From Octopus sinensis (lineage: Eukaryota): a DNA stretch of 64,000 bases. Where the stretch lies: the NCBI RefSeq assembly GCF_006345805.1, contig NC_043014.1:35030001-35094000 (forward strand). The letters run 5' to 3'. The position numbers were made by a program, and so were the translations under genes. Within the stretch, counting starts at the first letter, position 1. Each line of letters opens with the position of its first letter. The notes under the pieces are model-generated. The model worked only from the letters and a program-made list of their open reading frames with translations. It made no database searches and had not been told where the DNA came from. Below are positions 1 to 48,863 of this stretch, piece after piece.

Positions 1-3000
1 ATGGATTGAGTTGTGGCTATAGAAAATGACATTTGCTCAAGATGCTCAAATGATGTTCGCTCAGGGTGTATACAAATATACATTTGCTCAAGACGTATAC
101 AAACATACATTCATGCAGATGTATGCATACATATGTACAGTATGTGTATGCATTCTCAACACCTTCCTCTTTGGCTCATCTTATATAACAATGTAATTCT
201 AGTGTCTGCACTAAAGATGCACATAATGCTAAAGCTAACTCCCAAGCAAATTTAGAAATTATTGAATATTAAAATTTATTAGGGAAAAATATTTGCTTGG
301 AACTATTTTTCACTAGTCAATAAATAACAACTTCAGAGAAAAAAAAAAAAGCATTCCTCATATACTTCAGTCTCTTACATAAGACAAATGAACAAATCTC
401 CCTCCACCACCACAGAATGAAACTTTGATTTAACAGATTAATAGTAGGGAAGGCCTGTTCATCATTGCTATAAATGCATTAAATTGAAGGGTGCAAATTT
501 GAAAGTTATCAATGTTAAAAAGAAAAAAGCATTAATGCTGTTCATAATGCATAACAGATAATTATTCATCATCATCATCGTTTAGTGTCCGCTTTCCATG
601 CTAGCATGGGTTGGACGGTTCAACTGGGGTTTGGGAAGCCAGAAGGCTGCCCCAGGCCCAGTCTGATCTGGCAATGTTTCTGACTAGGCCTGGTGCAGCC
701 TTCTGGCTTCCCAGACCCCAGTTGAACCGTCCAACATTTATATTTAACATTATATTTGACATTTATTTTCCTTTCTGATAATGCAGTTGTAGAGTATTGT
801 GCCATGATCATAGTTGTACTAGAGAATTGCATTATCCTTATTTGGTTCATTAAATCTGAAATTCATTTATTTGGAGTCTGTTAACTGAATGCTTACTATC
901 AATTTATCTGTCTGTTTATCTTAGCATAATGGCCTAGTGATAAGAGTGTTGGATTCACAATCATAAATCCTAATGTATTGTGTTGTTGAGCAAGGCACTT
1001 CATTTCATGCTGCTTTAGTCCACTTGGTAAGCAATTAGGAGTTAACCTTGTACCAGACTAGAGTCTCATCTAGAGACTGACTTGTACTCTCAGTAGCTTA
1101 ATGCTTTAGAAATTAAGATAAGCAATGGTTCAATATACCTGTAGATTCGAGACAGGTGTTAACCTATTTTATTGGTATGTTATTATCTCTGTTATCTTTT
1201 ACTTGTTTTCAGGTGGACAATGATCACGCTTGGGCAACATCTTGGAGGGATTCTACTCAATCAGATCAACTCTAGTACATATTTTTAGATCTGATACTTA
1301 TTCTATTGAGCTCTTTTGCTGAAATGCTATGTAGCAGTGTTGTAAAGAAATCAACACGCATACATAGACATTTATATATATATAATAATAATAACAATAA
1401 CAACAATAACAATAATAATAATAATAATAATAATAATTATAACTCCAAACTTACAGGGAAAAATTCAATTTAGTATTAAATCAAATTTTGTGCAGTAATA
1501 GGTTGTCTTTGACAATATTTGATGTAATGTGATGAAGTTGATCAGCAGATTAAGTAACATTTTGAATAGCATAATAGTGGTTTTTCTCTAATTTATATGT
1601 ATATATATATATGATAGGCTTTCATCTACTAAATTCATTCACAAGGCATTGGTTGATAGAGTGCTATAGTAGAAGACACTTGTCCAAAGTGGCACACAGT
1701 GGGACTGAACCTGTGGTTTCAAAGGAAGCTTCTTAACCACGGCAATGCTTACACGTCTTGTTATTTTTGTAGATAGCTATTTTCAGAAAACTGGCCATAT
1801 AGTTAACATTATTCACTGTTTGAGTGAATAGACATGCTCTGAGTATACTCTTGTATATTGGAGGGGGACAACAGGGAGAACGCACTTGTTTTATTGGTCA
1901 GGGGGATCATGGTTTTTGTTGGGCTTCCAGGAGCTGTCCTCACTTTTGGAGAATTTATCTTTGAAATTTGTCTTTGTTGTTATATGCAATCCTATACTGT
2001 ATCATCCCATACCATCTGTGATCTTTGCATCAACCCTTATTAAAAAAGGCATTATTTTTTTTTTTTCTTATTTCTTTACTACCCACAAGCGGCTAAACAC
2101 AGAGAGGACAAACAAGGATAGACAAACGGATTAAGTTGATTATATCGACCCCAGTGCGTAACTGGTACTTAATTTATTGACCCCAAAAGGATGAAAGGCA
2201 AAGTCAACCTCGGCGGAATTTGAACTCAGAAGGCATTATTATTATTATTATTATTGAGTGAGAGAGCAGTGCATGCCATCAAAATGACACTGGGGTAAAA
2301 TATACGAAACTCAGTATACCCATCATGAGTACCCGTCTGATAAGGGTACACCAGGCACATGCATCACATATTATTATGATTATTATTATTATTATTGTTG
2401 TTGTTGTTATGATTATTATTATCATTATTATTGTTGTTGTTGTTATTGTTATTATTATTATTATTATTATTATCATTATTGTTGTTGTTGTTGAGGCAGT
2501 GAGCTGGCAGAATCATCAGGATGGGCAAAATGCTTAGTTGCATTTCTTCAAGCTCTTTATGTTCAGAGTTCAAAGTCCACTAAGATTGGTTTTGCTTTTA
2601 TCCTTTTTGGGTTGATATACTAAATCCCAGTTGAGGACTAGGGTTGATAAAATAAGTACCAGTTGAGCACTGGGGGGTTGATGTAATCTACTTCTTTCTC
2701 CCCTCAAAATTGCTGGCCTTGTGTCAATAATTAGAAATAACTATTGTTATTTACTTGGAAACTTGCTATTTATATTCTGAGCTCAAATCTGATGTCATCA
2801 TCCTTTCATTCTTATAGGGTTAATAAAACAAAGTACAAGTGAAGTACATGGGGTCGAAAGTTTAACTCCTTTACCCCAAATTTGTGACCTTCTGCTTATG
2901 TTAGAAATCATTGTTTATTTGGGAAAGATTTTGTGCAGTAATAGGTTGTCTTTGACAATATTTGGTGTTATGTGAAGAATTTGATCAGCAGATTAATTAA

Positions 3001-3096
3001 GTAACATGATGAAATATTTATAATCATCTTAGAGTGGAATATTTCATTGAAGTGTGAAGTCGATAATGAAACTAAAATAAAACCTTAATACATATT

Positions 3097-3111
3097 GAGA
3101 GAGAGAGAGAG

Positions 3112-3200
<89 letters not shown>

Positions 3201-3225
3201 CAGACAGATAGACAGACAGACAGAC
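3097..3225 (+). repeat. (GA)n about 100 bp plus (GACA)n, at the start of the copine 3' UTR
   Basis: Direct reading. Confidence 0.97.
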
Positions 3226-3234
3226 AAAAAAGTC

Positions 3235-40138
<36,904 letters not shown>

Positions 40139-40493
40139 GATGTTTTTGACTTCTGAAAAGACTAAGAAAAAAGACAAATCAAATAGGATGTAATCAGAGA
40201 ATTTTCATCGTAACAATAACAATAACAACAACAATAAGCATCATCATCATCATCCCTCCACCATTCCGTTTACTAAAACCACACTACAACTACTACCACC
40301 AGTATTACCTTGCTCTCTAATATCATAAATATGATAAAACGCCTTGTATTTACTCTCTGCTTTTAAGTGTAATGAGTTTTTGGGTGGTAAACTTGATCTG
40401 CTGTGGAGGGACATGGCTTGGTGGTTAGGGTGTTGGACTCATGATCATAAAATGGTGGTTTCGATTTCTGGACTGGGCGATGCATTGTGTCCT

Positions 40494-40768
40494 TGGTTCA
40501 AGTTCCCCAATTCAAATTCATAATAATGGAATTGGATGGCAACAGAAAGTCATGGGAATCTGCAAAAAATATATGTGAAGGTCTTGAAGTATAACATATA
40601 GGGTCATGTGCCCTATCCTCACGTCTCTGACCCTGTGTGTGTGTTGATGTGTATAAATATATATGCCAGCACCTACATACACACACGCATATGCTTTTTG
40701 CAGATTCCCATGACTTTCTGTTGCCATCCAATTTCATTATTATGAATTTGAATTGGGGAACTTGAACC
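40494..40768. repeat. Fold-back element, ~75-bp arms with 1 mismatch
   Basis: 40494-40568 versus 40695-40768. Confidence 0.9.
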
Positions 40769-41068
40769 ATAATGAATCTTTCATTAGCTGATTACAAAAC
40801 CATGGATGCATTGCAGCTACTCTCTTAATAGAGTTTTCTGATCCTAACCATTGATCTTCAAGGATTCCTCCACTCAGCATCAATGAAATAAGGACCATTG
40901 ACTCGGTTCAGCTCTTCCACTACATCTTCACAATCCACCATAGTGCAGTCCCATAACTTCATCGTATCCTTGGTAGGTTGGCTGAATGGGTGCTATGCCT
41001 TGCCAAAGAGAAGCCTGTAATACTCAAATTTGGATATGCGGGTATTTAAAATATATATATATATATAA

Positions 41069-41302
41069 GAGCGGCAAGCCGGCAGAAACGTTAGCACGCT
41101 GGGCGAAATGCGTAGCCGTATTTTGTCTGCCGTTAAGTGTTCTGGGTTCAAATTCCGCCGAGGTCGACTTTGCCTTTCATCCTCTCGGGGTCGATAAATT
41201 AAGTACCAGTTATGTACTGGGGTCAATGTAATCGACTTAATCCCTTTGTCTGTCCTTGTTTGTCCCCTCTATGTTTAGCCCTTTGTGAGTAGTAAAGAAA
41301 TA
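41069..41302 (+). mobile_element. SINE family A, full length
   Basis: Same consensus; older copy at about 41450-41645. Confidence 0.85.
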
Positions 41303-41689
41303 TATATATATATATACACATGTATGTATGTATGTATAAATTAAGAAATACAGTCAAATACAGGTATTATTCAAATCATTTATACTTCCAACATATGTTT
41401 TGGAATTTTCTGGATGGAGTATAAATGATGTAAAACAATGCAATCATAATTGTTAGCATGCTGAAGAAAATGCTTAGCAGCATTTTGTCTGTCTTCACAT
41501 TCTGAGTTCAAATCCTGCCGAAGTTAACTTTACCTTTCATCCTTTTGGGGTTGAAAAAATAAGTACCAGTTGAGCAATGGGGCTGATGTAATGAATTTAT
41601 CCCTTTCCTCGAAATTGTTGGCCTTGTATCAAAATTTGAAACCAATATTATGTTTTATACTGACCTACTGGTTCATATGAGTCCAGAGA

Positions 41690-42435
41690 CAAAAACATTG
41701 GATAAGCCAGTCTGGCAGCACTGGCAACGACCACGCTTGAATGTTGTTTTTCACGTGCCACTGGCACATGTGCTGGTAAGGCGCCACTGCCAACGATCAT
41801 GCTCAAATGGTGCTTTTCATGTGTCACCGGCATGGGAGCCAATCCATGGCCCTGGCAACAATCATGTGCTTTTAATGTTCCACTTGCATGAGTGCCAATC
41901 AGGCGGTACTGTCATTGGCCACGTAAACGATTTTGCTTTGTTTACACTTGCCTCAATAGGTCTTCGTAAGCAAAGTTCATTGTCCAATGAATGAGGGGTA
42001 CTCATAGGTGGGCTGGTTACACCCCATGTTCGGATGTGCTTTTAATGTTCCACTAGCACGAGTGCCAATCAGGCGGTACTGTCATCGATTTTGATTTCAC
42101 TTGACTCAATAGGTCTTCACAAGCAAAGTTTATTGTCCAATGAATGAGGGGGTGTCCATATGTGGGCTGGATACACCCACAGGCATAGGCCATAGGCTAT
42201 GGTCTCACTTGGCTTGTCGGGTTTTCTCAAGCACAGCATGTCTCAAAGGTCTCGGTCACTAGCCATTGTCTCAGTAAGGCCCAATGTTTGAAGGTCATGC
42301 TTCACCACCTCATCCCAGGTTTTCCTGGGTCTACCTCTTCCACAGGTTCCCTCAACAGCTAGGGTGTGTCACTTTTTCACACAGTTGTCCTCATTCATTC
42401 GCAACATATGACCATACCAGCGCAGTCATCTCTCT
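41690..42435 (-). mobile_element. RTE-clade LINE ORF end plus tandemly repetitive 3' UTR (source of the (GAT)n-tailed repeat)
   Basis: LRWYGHMLRMNEDNCVKK..EGTCGRGRPRKTWDEVVKHDL; UTR shares GATTTT..CACTTGCCTCAA.AGGTCTTC with 28.3-28.7 kb. Confidence 0.8.
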
Positions 42436-42710
42436 TGCACAGATTGCTAGCCACTAAACCTTTTTCTATTTTCTCTCTCTGTTTATTTCTGTGTTCTTTT
42501 CTGTCGATGAGCATAGGCTCGAAATGTAAAAGACGTTCTCACTTCTGAAGCATTAAACTAATACATCTGTTTGTTGTTTACACACCTGTCTTTGTCTTTA
42601 GTTTTTTGTAAATTCTATATATATATATATATATGCAGGCATGGCTGAGTAGTAAGAAGTTTGCTTCATGACTCCATAGTTTAAGGTTCATATATATATA
42701 TATATATATA

Positions 42711-43982
42711 CAGGGGTTGGACAAAATAATGGAAACACCTAGCATCATAGCATCATAATTTTGAAATATTTATAAAACTATCAAAAGCATGTTTATTGTT
42801 ATGTTTTTTTTATTTATTATTAGTGTTGCTTAATATGTTTTGCTAAAATTGCAGTTTCTTTTCAGATATCATCAGAAAATGGTAAATAAAATTCATTGAA
42901 ATGACAGATCTATCGGACTTTCAAAGAAGTCAAATTGTTGGTGCTTGTATAGCAGGCGTTAGTGTAACGAAAACAGCTGAAATGTTAGGTGTATCGAGAA
43001 GTACTGTCTTGAAAGTAATGACAGCCTTTGAGAAAGGGAAAAACCTCCTCGTTGAAACAAAACACCAGAAGAAAACCAAAACTTTCAGATAGGGTTTGTC
43101 GGATTCTTACACCGAAATTTTAGAAAGGACCACAAAAGTACAGCTCCCAAAATTACTGCAGAGTTTAATGACCACCTCGAGAATCTGGTTTCCACAAAAA
43201 CCATTTGCCAGGAGCTGCATAAAGCCAGATTTCATGGGAGGACTGCAATCAGAAAACCACTACTTTCAAAAACAAATGTTACAAAGCATTTAGAGTGGAG
43301 TAAAAGCCTACAGAATTGGTCCCTAGAGCAGTGGAAGAATGTTATTTTCTCGGATGAGCCATCCTTTACCTTATTTCCGACCACCGGCCGAGTATACATG
43401 TGGAGACAGCCAAAAGACACATTTAACCCAGACAGCCTTCTTCCAACTGTTAAACATGGAGGAGGATCTGTGATGATCTGGGGAGCTATATCTTGGAAAT
43501 CCACTGGCCCAATGGTTTCCCTTCACGGTAGAATTAATAGTCAAAACTATTTAAGCATTTTATCTGATCAAATACATCCTATGGTTGTGGAACTGTTTCC
43601 AGAGGGAAACACAATCTTTCAGAATGATAATGCACCAATTTTCACAGCTAAAGTTGTTACAGAATGGCACGAGGAACATTCTAGTGAAGTTGAACATCTG
43701 ATCTGGCCACCACAGTCCCCAGATTTCAATATTATTGAACATTTATGGTGCATTTTTGAAAAACAAGTAAGGAGTTGATATCCTCTACCATCATCACTAC
43801 AAGAGCTGGAGACTGTTTTAGCTGAAGAATGGACAGAAATTCCTTTGGAAACAATTCAATCTTTGTACGAGTCCATACCTTGTAGAATTCAAGCTATAAT
43901 TACAGCCAAAGTGGTCCTAACCCATATTAAAATAAATTTGTTTGAAATTTTAAGGTGTTTCCATTATTTTGTTCAACCCCTG
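42711..43982 (+). mobile_element. Full-length, frameshifted Tc1-like transposon, DD36E spacing (1272 bp)
   Basis: TA-flanked; 30-bp TIR CAGGGGTTG(G/A)ACAAAATAATGGAAACACCT; motifs FSDE, TVKHGGGSVMIWG, QNDNAP, WPPQSPDFNIIE; 36 residues between D2 and E. Confidence 0.93.
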
Positions 43983-44522
43983 TATATATATACACATACA
44001 AACACAGACAAAAAAAAAATGATGACAGTTGATACTGATGCAGTTTGAATTCATTAAAGAGATACAAACAAACGATAAAAAAAAATCTAGTATGGAATTT
44101 TAACATTTCAGCCATACAAATGTTATTGTGACAAAAAATTAATGAAACCACTTCAGGAGCTACAATGTAATCCATTATATTCTAGGAATAACACGTTACT
44201 TTATTCCAGTCCTCTATGCTGTTTACAGGAAAGGTTTTGAATCTGCAAATGAAGCGCCTATTGTATTATGCCGGCCAAAGTCTAATGATGTTGACTGGAA
44301 AACCAGTTTTTTGTGGGCTGCACTGAGTTGTAGCAATATAATGTAGGATAAATATAGTAACAATAATCATGATCCTTGGATAAAATTTATAAATATTAAG
44401 AGACACATAATTTGTGGAAATGCATGCAGTGATGCATTATTTATAAATTCCATCCAAAGATTATTGTCATTATCATTAGTTTATATATATATATATGTAT
44501 ATATATATATAATAATATATAT

Positions 44523-44862
44523 ATAAAGGAAATGAAGAAAATGCTGACAAAGTAATTTAAGTAAGGGAGAGTGTATTTAATTAGGTGAAAGTTCTTTTTA
44601 CCGGTTGCGCATTTGTTATGCTTATCAAAAGATATTTTTTTAAGAGAGATAGAGTTCCTTCTGATAGATTTTTTTTCTCTATCTTTTCTCTATACAGATA
44701 AGAGAAAAAAATCTATCAGAAAGAAAGGAACTCTATCTCTCTAAAAATATCTTTTGATAAGCATAACAAATGCGCAACCGGTAAAAGACTTTCACCTAAT
44801 TAAATACACTCTCTCTTACTTAAATTACTTTGTCAGCATTTTCTTCATTTCCTTTTTTTATA
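44523..44862. repeat. Fold-back, ~155-bp arms, short loop, in (TA)n
   Basis: AAAGGAAATGAAGAAAATGCTGACAAAG..CCGGTTGCGC mirrored. Confidence 0.9.
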
Positions 44863-44893
44863 TATCACAACTCGTGTTCCACATCTCCTTTTT

Positions 44894-44931
<38 letters not shown>

Positions 44932-47210
44932 GGGAAGGTTTACGAAAATAAACAAAAGATGAAGGCAGGTGGAGTACAAACAAACAATGTCTTAGTATGG
45001 CGCTCAGGAATAGAAATAAAACAAGTCTTTTACGTTTCGAGCCTACGCTCTTCGACAGAAAGATACACAGAAAAGAAACAAGGAGAGAAACAAGGAAAGA
45101 AAAAATTGTGTGTAGGGGCTAACGATCCAACATGGTGTTATGTATATATATATGTATTTATTCATATATATATATATAAATATATATCTACACACACACA
45201 TCATACATATATATAATATATATAATATATATATATATATACATGTATATTTATGTATATGTGTGTGTATATATGTATGTATGTATCTATCTATATATAT
45301 ATACACACACACACATACATATACATACATACATGCATGCATACATACACACATGTACGTATTTGTTTGCCCATTTCTTTTTTGGGGTTAAGACAAATAT
45401 ATTACTGATGCCCTTTTTGTTGCTAATCCTTATCTGTTTTTAAAGTAAAGGATCTCTTATTTCACACATCCGCAAAAGTGCTGTGGTAGCAGACCATTTA
45501 ATGATAGAGTATATGACAAAGCACCACAACTTGTTGCTTAGCAATTTTTTGAGAAATGCAAATGTAAGCAATCACACAAATACACATGCTTACATACATA
45601 AAGATATACATAAGGGACACAATGCATCATCAGAAATTGAACTCATGACCTTATGATTGTGAGCCAAATACTCTAACCACTAAGCTATGTGCTTTCACTA
45701 AGTTATGGGGACGTAAACACACCAGCATTGGTTGTCAAGCAATGTTGGGGGAACACACACACACACACATACATATATATATATATGACAGGCTTCTTTC
45801 AGTTTCCGCCTACCAAATCCACTCACAAGGCTTTGTTCAGCCCAAGGCTATAGTAGAAGACACTTGCCCAAGGTGCCACACAGTGGGACTGAACCCGGAA
45901 CCATGTGCTTCGTAAGCAAGCTACTTACCACACAGCCACTCCTGCGCCTGTATTTATTAGTGGACCAGCCCACTTCTCACCTGCGGGCGTCTGCCACAAC
46001 ACTAATGATGTGAAATAGAATTATATCAAGTTCTAAAAACTGGTTATTGATACCCCTATGGCTAAGTAGAATCATAATACTCATATGTTTCTGTCTCTCT
46101 GTCTCACTTTAACCTTTCATCATCCGACACAAGATCACCTCCTCTAATGCTCTTTCCCCTCTTGAAAGTTTTTTTTTTGTCTTACAAGTTCTTGGTGGTC
46201 CTGTCAGTGCAGGTGCCACTTAAAAGCACCCAGTTCATATTGTAAAGTGGTTGGAATTTGGAAGGGCATACAGCTGTAAAAACCTTGCCAAAACTGACCT
46301 TGTCTGTGCTTGTGCCATGTAAAAAGCACTAAGTCCACTCTGCTGAGTGGTTGGTGTTAGCAAGGGCATCCAGCTGTAAAAATCCTGCCAAAACTGTCAC
46401 AGAAGTCTGGTGCAGGCTCTGCTTGGCCAACTCTTGTGAAACCATTCCACCCATGCTAGCATGGAAGATGGATAATGATAAATGATAATGATGATGATGA
46501 TATATATATATCCCACTCACACCAGCATGGAAGGTGGATGTTAAACAATGATACGTATATATCTATTGTTGATAAAGGAAATGGAAGATAGACTTAGTAT
46601 GAATTTTCATTCAGCATGACAATCGTTTTAACTCATCCTGCATCTGTCCCACAGGGGTAGGATATTGTGCTGTGTCACTTCAGATGCAGGATGGGTTCAA
46701 AGGATCATCATGCTAAATAAAGATTCGTACCAAATCCATCAGTTACCTTTATCAACTATTAACTCAACAAACACTGGATTTCCTAATGTAGATTCAGTAA
46801 AAATTATATCGTTACAGTGGATGACACAAGATAGCCCAAATGGTGAATGTGCTCTAATTGACATACTAAGAGACATATACTCAAAGTCCAAGTAGTTACC
46901 TTATATATATATATATATATATACATATCGAAATGAATGCAGAGCAACGTGAAATGAAGTGTTTTGCGCAATCGTGAGTGCAACACCCTAATCACCCTAA
47001 CCAGTAAGCCATGGCTTAGTGGTTAGGGTGTTGCACTCACGATTGTGAGATCATGGGTTCGATTTCCAGACTGGGCATTGCATTGTGTCTTTGAGCAAAG
47101 CACTTCATTTCATGTTGCTCTGTGATCATTTCAACACCTGTGTGGTTGTTCAGTAAGAAATTGTCGAACTCTCATATGTCATCTAATAACGGGAGAGTCC
47201 ATTTTGTATA

Positions 47211-47585
47211 TATATAGCAATAAGAAAAGAGAGGGGATCAATAGGTGGTTCATCAACTTTTAGATATCATATTATGTCAACTTATCTATTTATTTACTAA
47301 ACTGACAATTACAAGAATATACATACATGTATAACCTATTATGCTTTACATATAAGATATAATATATATTAATATATAAGGATACCAGTAATTGTATGTT
47401 ATTTTGTAATAATTACTGGTATCCTTATATATCAATATATTTTATATCTTATATGTAAAGCATATGTTATACATGTTTATATATTCTTGTAATTGTCAGT
47501 TTAGTAAATTAACAAATAAGTTAATATAATGTCCAAAAGTTGATGAACCACCTATTGATCCTCTCCATTTTCTTATTGCTATATA
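47211..47585. repeat. AT-rich fold-back, ~175-bp arms, in (TA)n
   Basis: TATATAGCAATAAGAAAA..GGATCAATAGGTGGTTCATCAACTTTT mirrored. Confidence 0.88.
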
Positions 47586-47786
47586 AATTAATGGTAAAAT
47601 ATCTCTTTACCTTCTCCCATTTAGTACACTAGGTAATATAATTGCAATGCAATAAAAAACACTTGTGTACTAATAATGTTGTATTCTACCAGCAGTATAT
47701 TGGATAGATATTATCCCTTAGTTGGTTGGATTCACAACCTCTAACTTTCTTGGAGTTATATATATATATATATATATATACATACA

Positions 47787-48198
47787 TAGGAGTGGCTGTG
47801 TGGTAAGTAGCTTGCTAACCAGCCACATGGTCCTGGGTTCAGTCCCACTGCGTGGCATCTTGGGCAAGTGTCTTCTGCTATAGCCCCGGGCCGACCAATG
47901 CCTTGTGAGTGGATTTGGTAGACGGAAACTGAAAGAAGCCTGTCGTATATATGTATATATATATATATATATGCGTGGGTGTGTGTTTGTGTGTCTGTGT
48001 TTGTCCCCCTAGCATTGCTTGACAACCGATGCTGGTGTGTTTACGTCCCCGTCACTTAGCGGTTCGGCAAAAGGGACCGATAGAATAAGTACTGGGCTTA
48101 CAAAACAATAAGTCCCGGGGTCGAGTTGCTCGACTAAAGGTGGTGCTCCAGCATGGCCGCAGTCAAATGACTGAAACAAGTAAAAGAGTAAAAGAGTA
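47787..48198 (+). mobile_element. SINE family B
   Basis: Same consensus. Confidence 0.87.
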
Positions 48199-48485
48199 TA
48201 TATACAATGTTCCCTCTCTATAATACGGAGGGTGGGGTCCAAGAAAACCAACTGCATTCTATCCAGGCTTTGAATTCACGAGTAAGTGGGGTGGGTAAAA
48301 GAAAATGAGATATTTGGTTTGATTAGTAAAGTGCACAAATGAAGAAAAACATATTCAATCAAGTTTGACATTTATTATACAATACCAATAAATTACTTGC
48401 AAAATATCACGAATTACATCACTTACAATGACTTTTAAAAAGTATTTACATTGTTTACTTCTGTAAGTAGTTCCTGTTGACACTA

Positions 48486-48863
48486 GTGGAGGCGCAATGG
48501 CCCAGTGGTTAGGGCAGTGGACTCGCGGTCGTAGGATCGCGGTTTCGATTCCCAGACCGGGCGTTGTGAGTGTTTATTGAGCGAAAACACCTAAAGCTCC
48601 ACGAGGCTCCGGCAGGGATGGTGGTGATCCCTGCTGTACTCTTTCACCACAACTTTCTCTTACTTCCTGTTTCTGTTGTATCTGTATTTCAAAGGGCCGG
48701 CCTTGTCACTCTCTGTGTCACGCTGAATCTCCCCAAGAACTACGTTAAGGGTACACATGTCTGTGGAGTGCTCAGCCACTTACACGTTAATTTCATGAGC
48801 AGGCTGTTCCGTTGATCGGATCAACCGGAACCCTCGTCATCGTAACCGACGGAGTGCTTCCAC
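48486..48863 (+). mobile_element. Chimeric SINE (second tRNA head + family-C tail) with 14-bp TSD
   Basis: TSD TCCTGTTGACACTA (48472-48485 / 48864-48877); head GGCGCAATGGCCCAGTGG..GGTTTCGATTCCC. Confidence 0.88.

Noticed and set aside
40790-41040. Unique-looking, coding-like stretch
   Set aside because: Stops in all frames examined and no motif recognised
41350-41445. Second copy of the 17.8-kb hammerhead region
   Set aside because: Truncated before the CUGAUGA and GAAA is mutated
45030-45070. Hammerhead-like CUGUCGAAGAGC-GUAG-GCUC-GAAAC (minus; related copy at about 42502-42535 plus)
   Set aside because: No CUGANGA core in register with stem II and no stem III/NUH or stem I pairing
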